Assembly (NCBI GenBank): GCA_964247055.1
Contig: OZ176058.1
Location: 2,108,001-2,172,000, forward strand
Direction: 5' to 3'
DNA length: 64,000 bases
Source: Paragordius varius
Taxonomy: Eukaryota > Animalia > Nematomorpha
The number at the start of each line of letters is the position of its first letter. Position 1 is the stretch's first letter. Made by a program: the position numbers and the translations under genes. Of the stretch, positions 63,999 to 64,000 are shown piece after piece. The notes below the pieces were generated by a model, which was given only the letters and a program-made list of their open reading frames with translations, searched no databases and was not told the origin of the DNA.

Positions 63999-64000
63999 TC

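Noticed and set aside
1-64000. tRNA, rRNA or other ncRNA genes; alternative genetic code; species assignment
   Set aside because: No RNA-gene structure recognised; all four genes read with the standard code (TAA and TGA stops); the sequence alone does not support naming the organism beyond an AT-rich animal.

Overview
Extremely AT-rich, intron-rich eukaryotic (almost certainly animal) genomic DNA. Most entries in the supplied ORF track are spurious. Splicing exons by hand gives four genes with GT-AG introns and continuous frames. (1) Class I fructose-bisphosphate aldolase, minus strand, 6 exons, 15276-30243, 368 aa. (2) UBA5 (UFM1-activating E1), minus strand, at least 10 exons, 37788-51204, about 388 aa, 5' end unresolved. 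(3) Single-LIM CRIP1-like protein, minus strand, 4 exons, 54956-57943, 78 aa. (4) A plus-strand gene head-to-head with CRIP (ATG 58067) that runs off the window end, possibly HMGXB4-like. The intervening DNA holds several TA-flanked MITE families, hAT-like ends, a mariner transposase fossil and (TA)n tracts. The outstanding feature is what I call 'exon echoes'. Many exons are flanked by tandem arrays of partial copies of their own 5' or 3' edge, including the splice site, and these arrays fill the largest introns. The most decayed copies tend to lie farthest from the real exon. In several near copies the differences from the functional exon are almost all synonymous (7:0, 6:0, 5:0, 4:0 syn:nonsyn) or in-frame indels. 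Neutral decay of a dead copy does not predict this, so the echoes may be captured from other coding alleles. A haplotype-concatenation assembly artefact must be excluded first.
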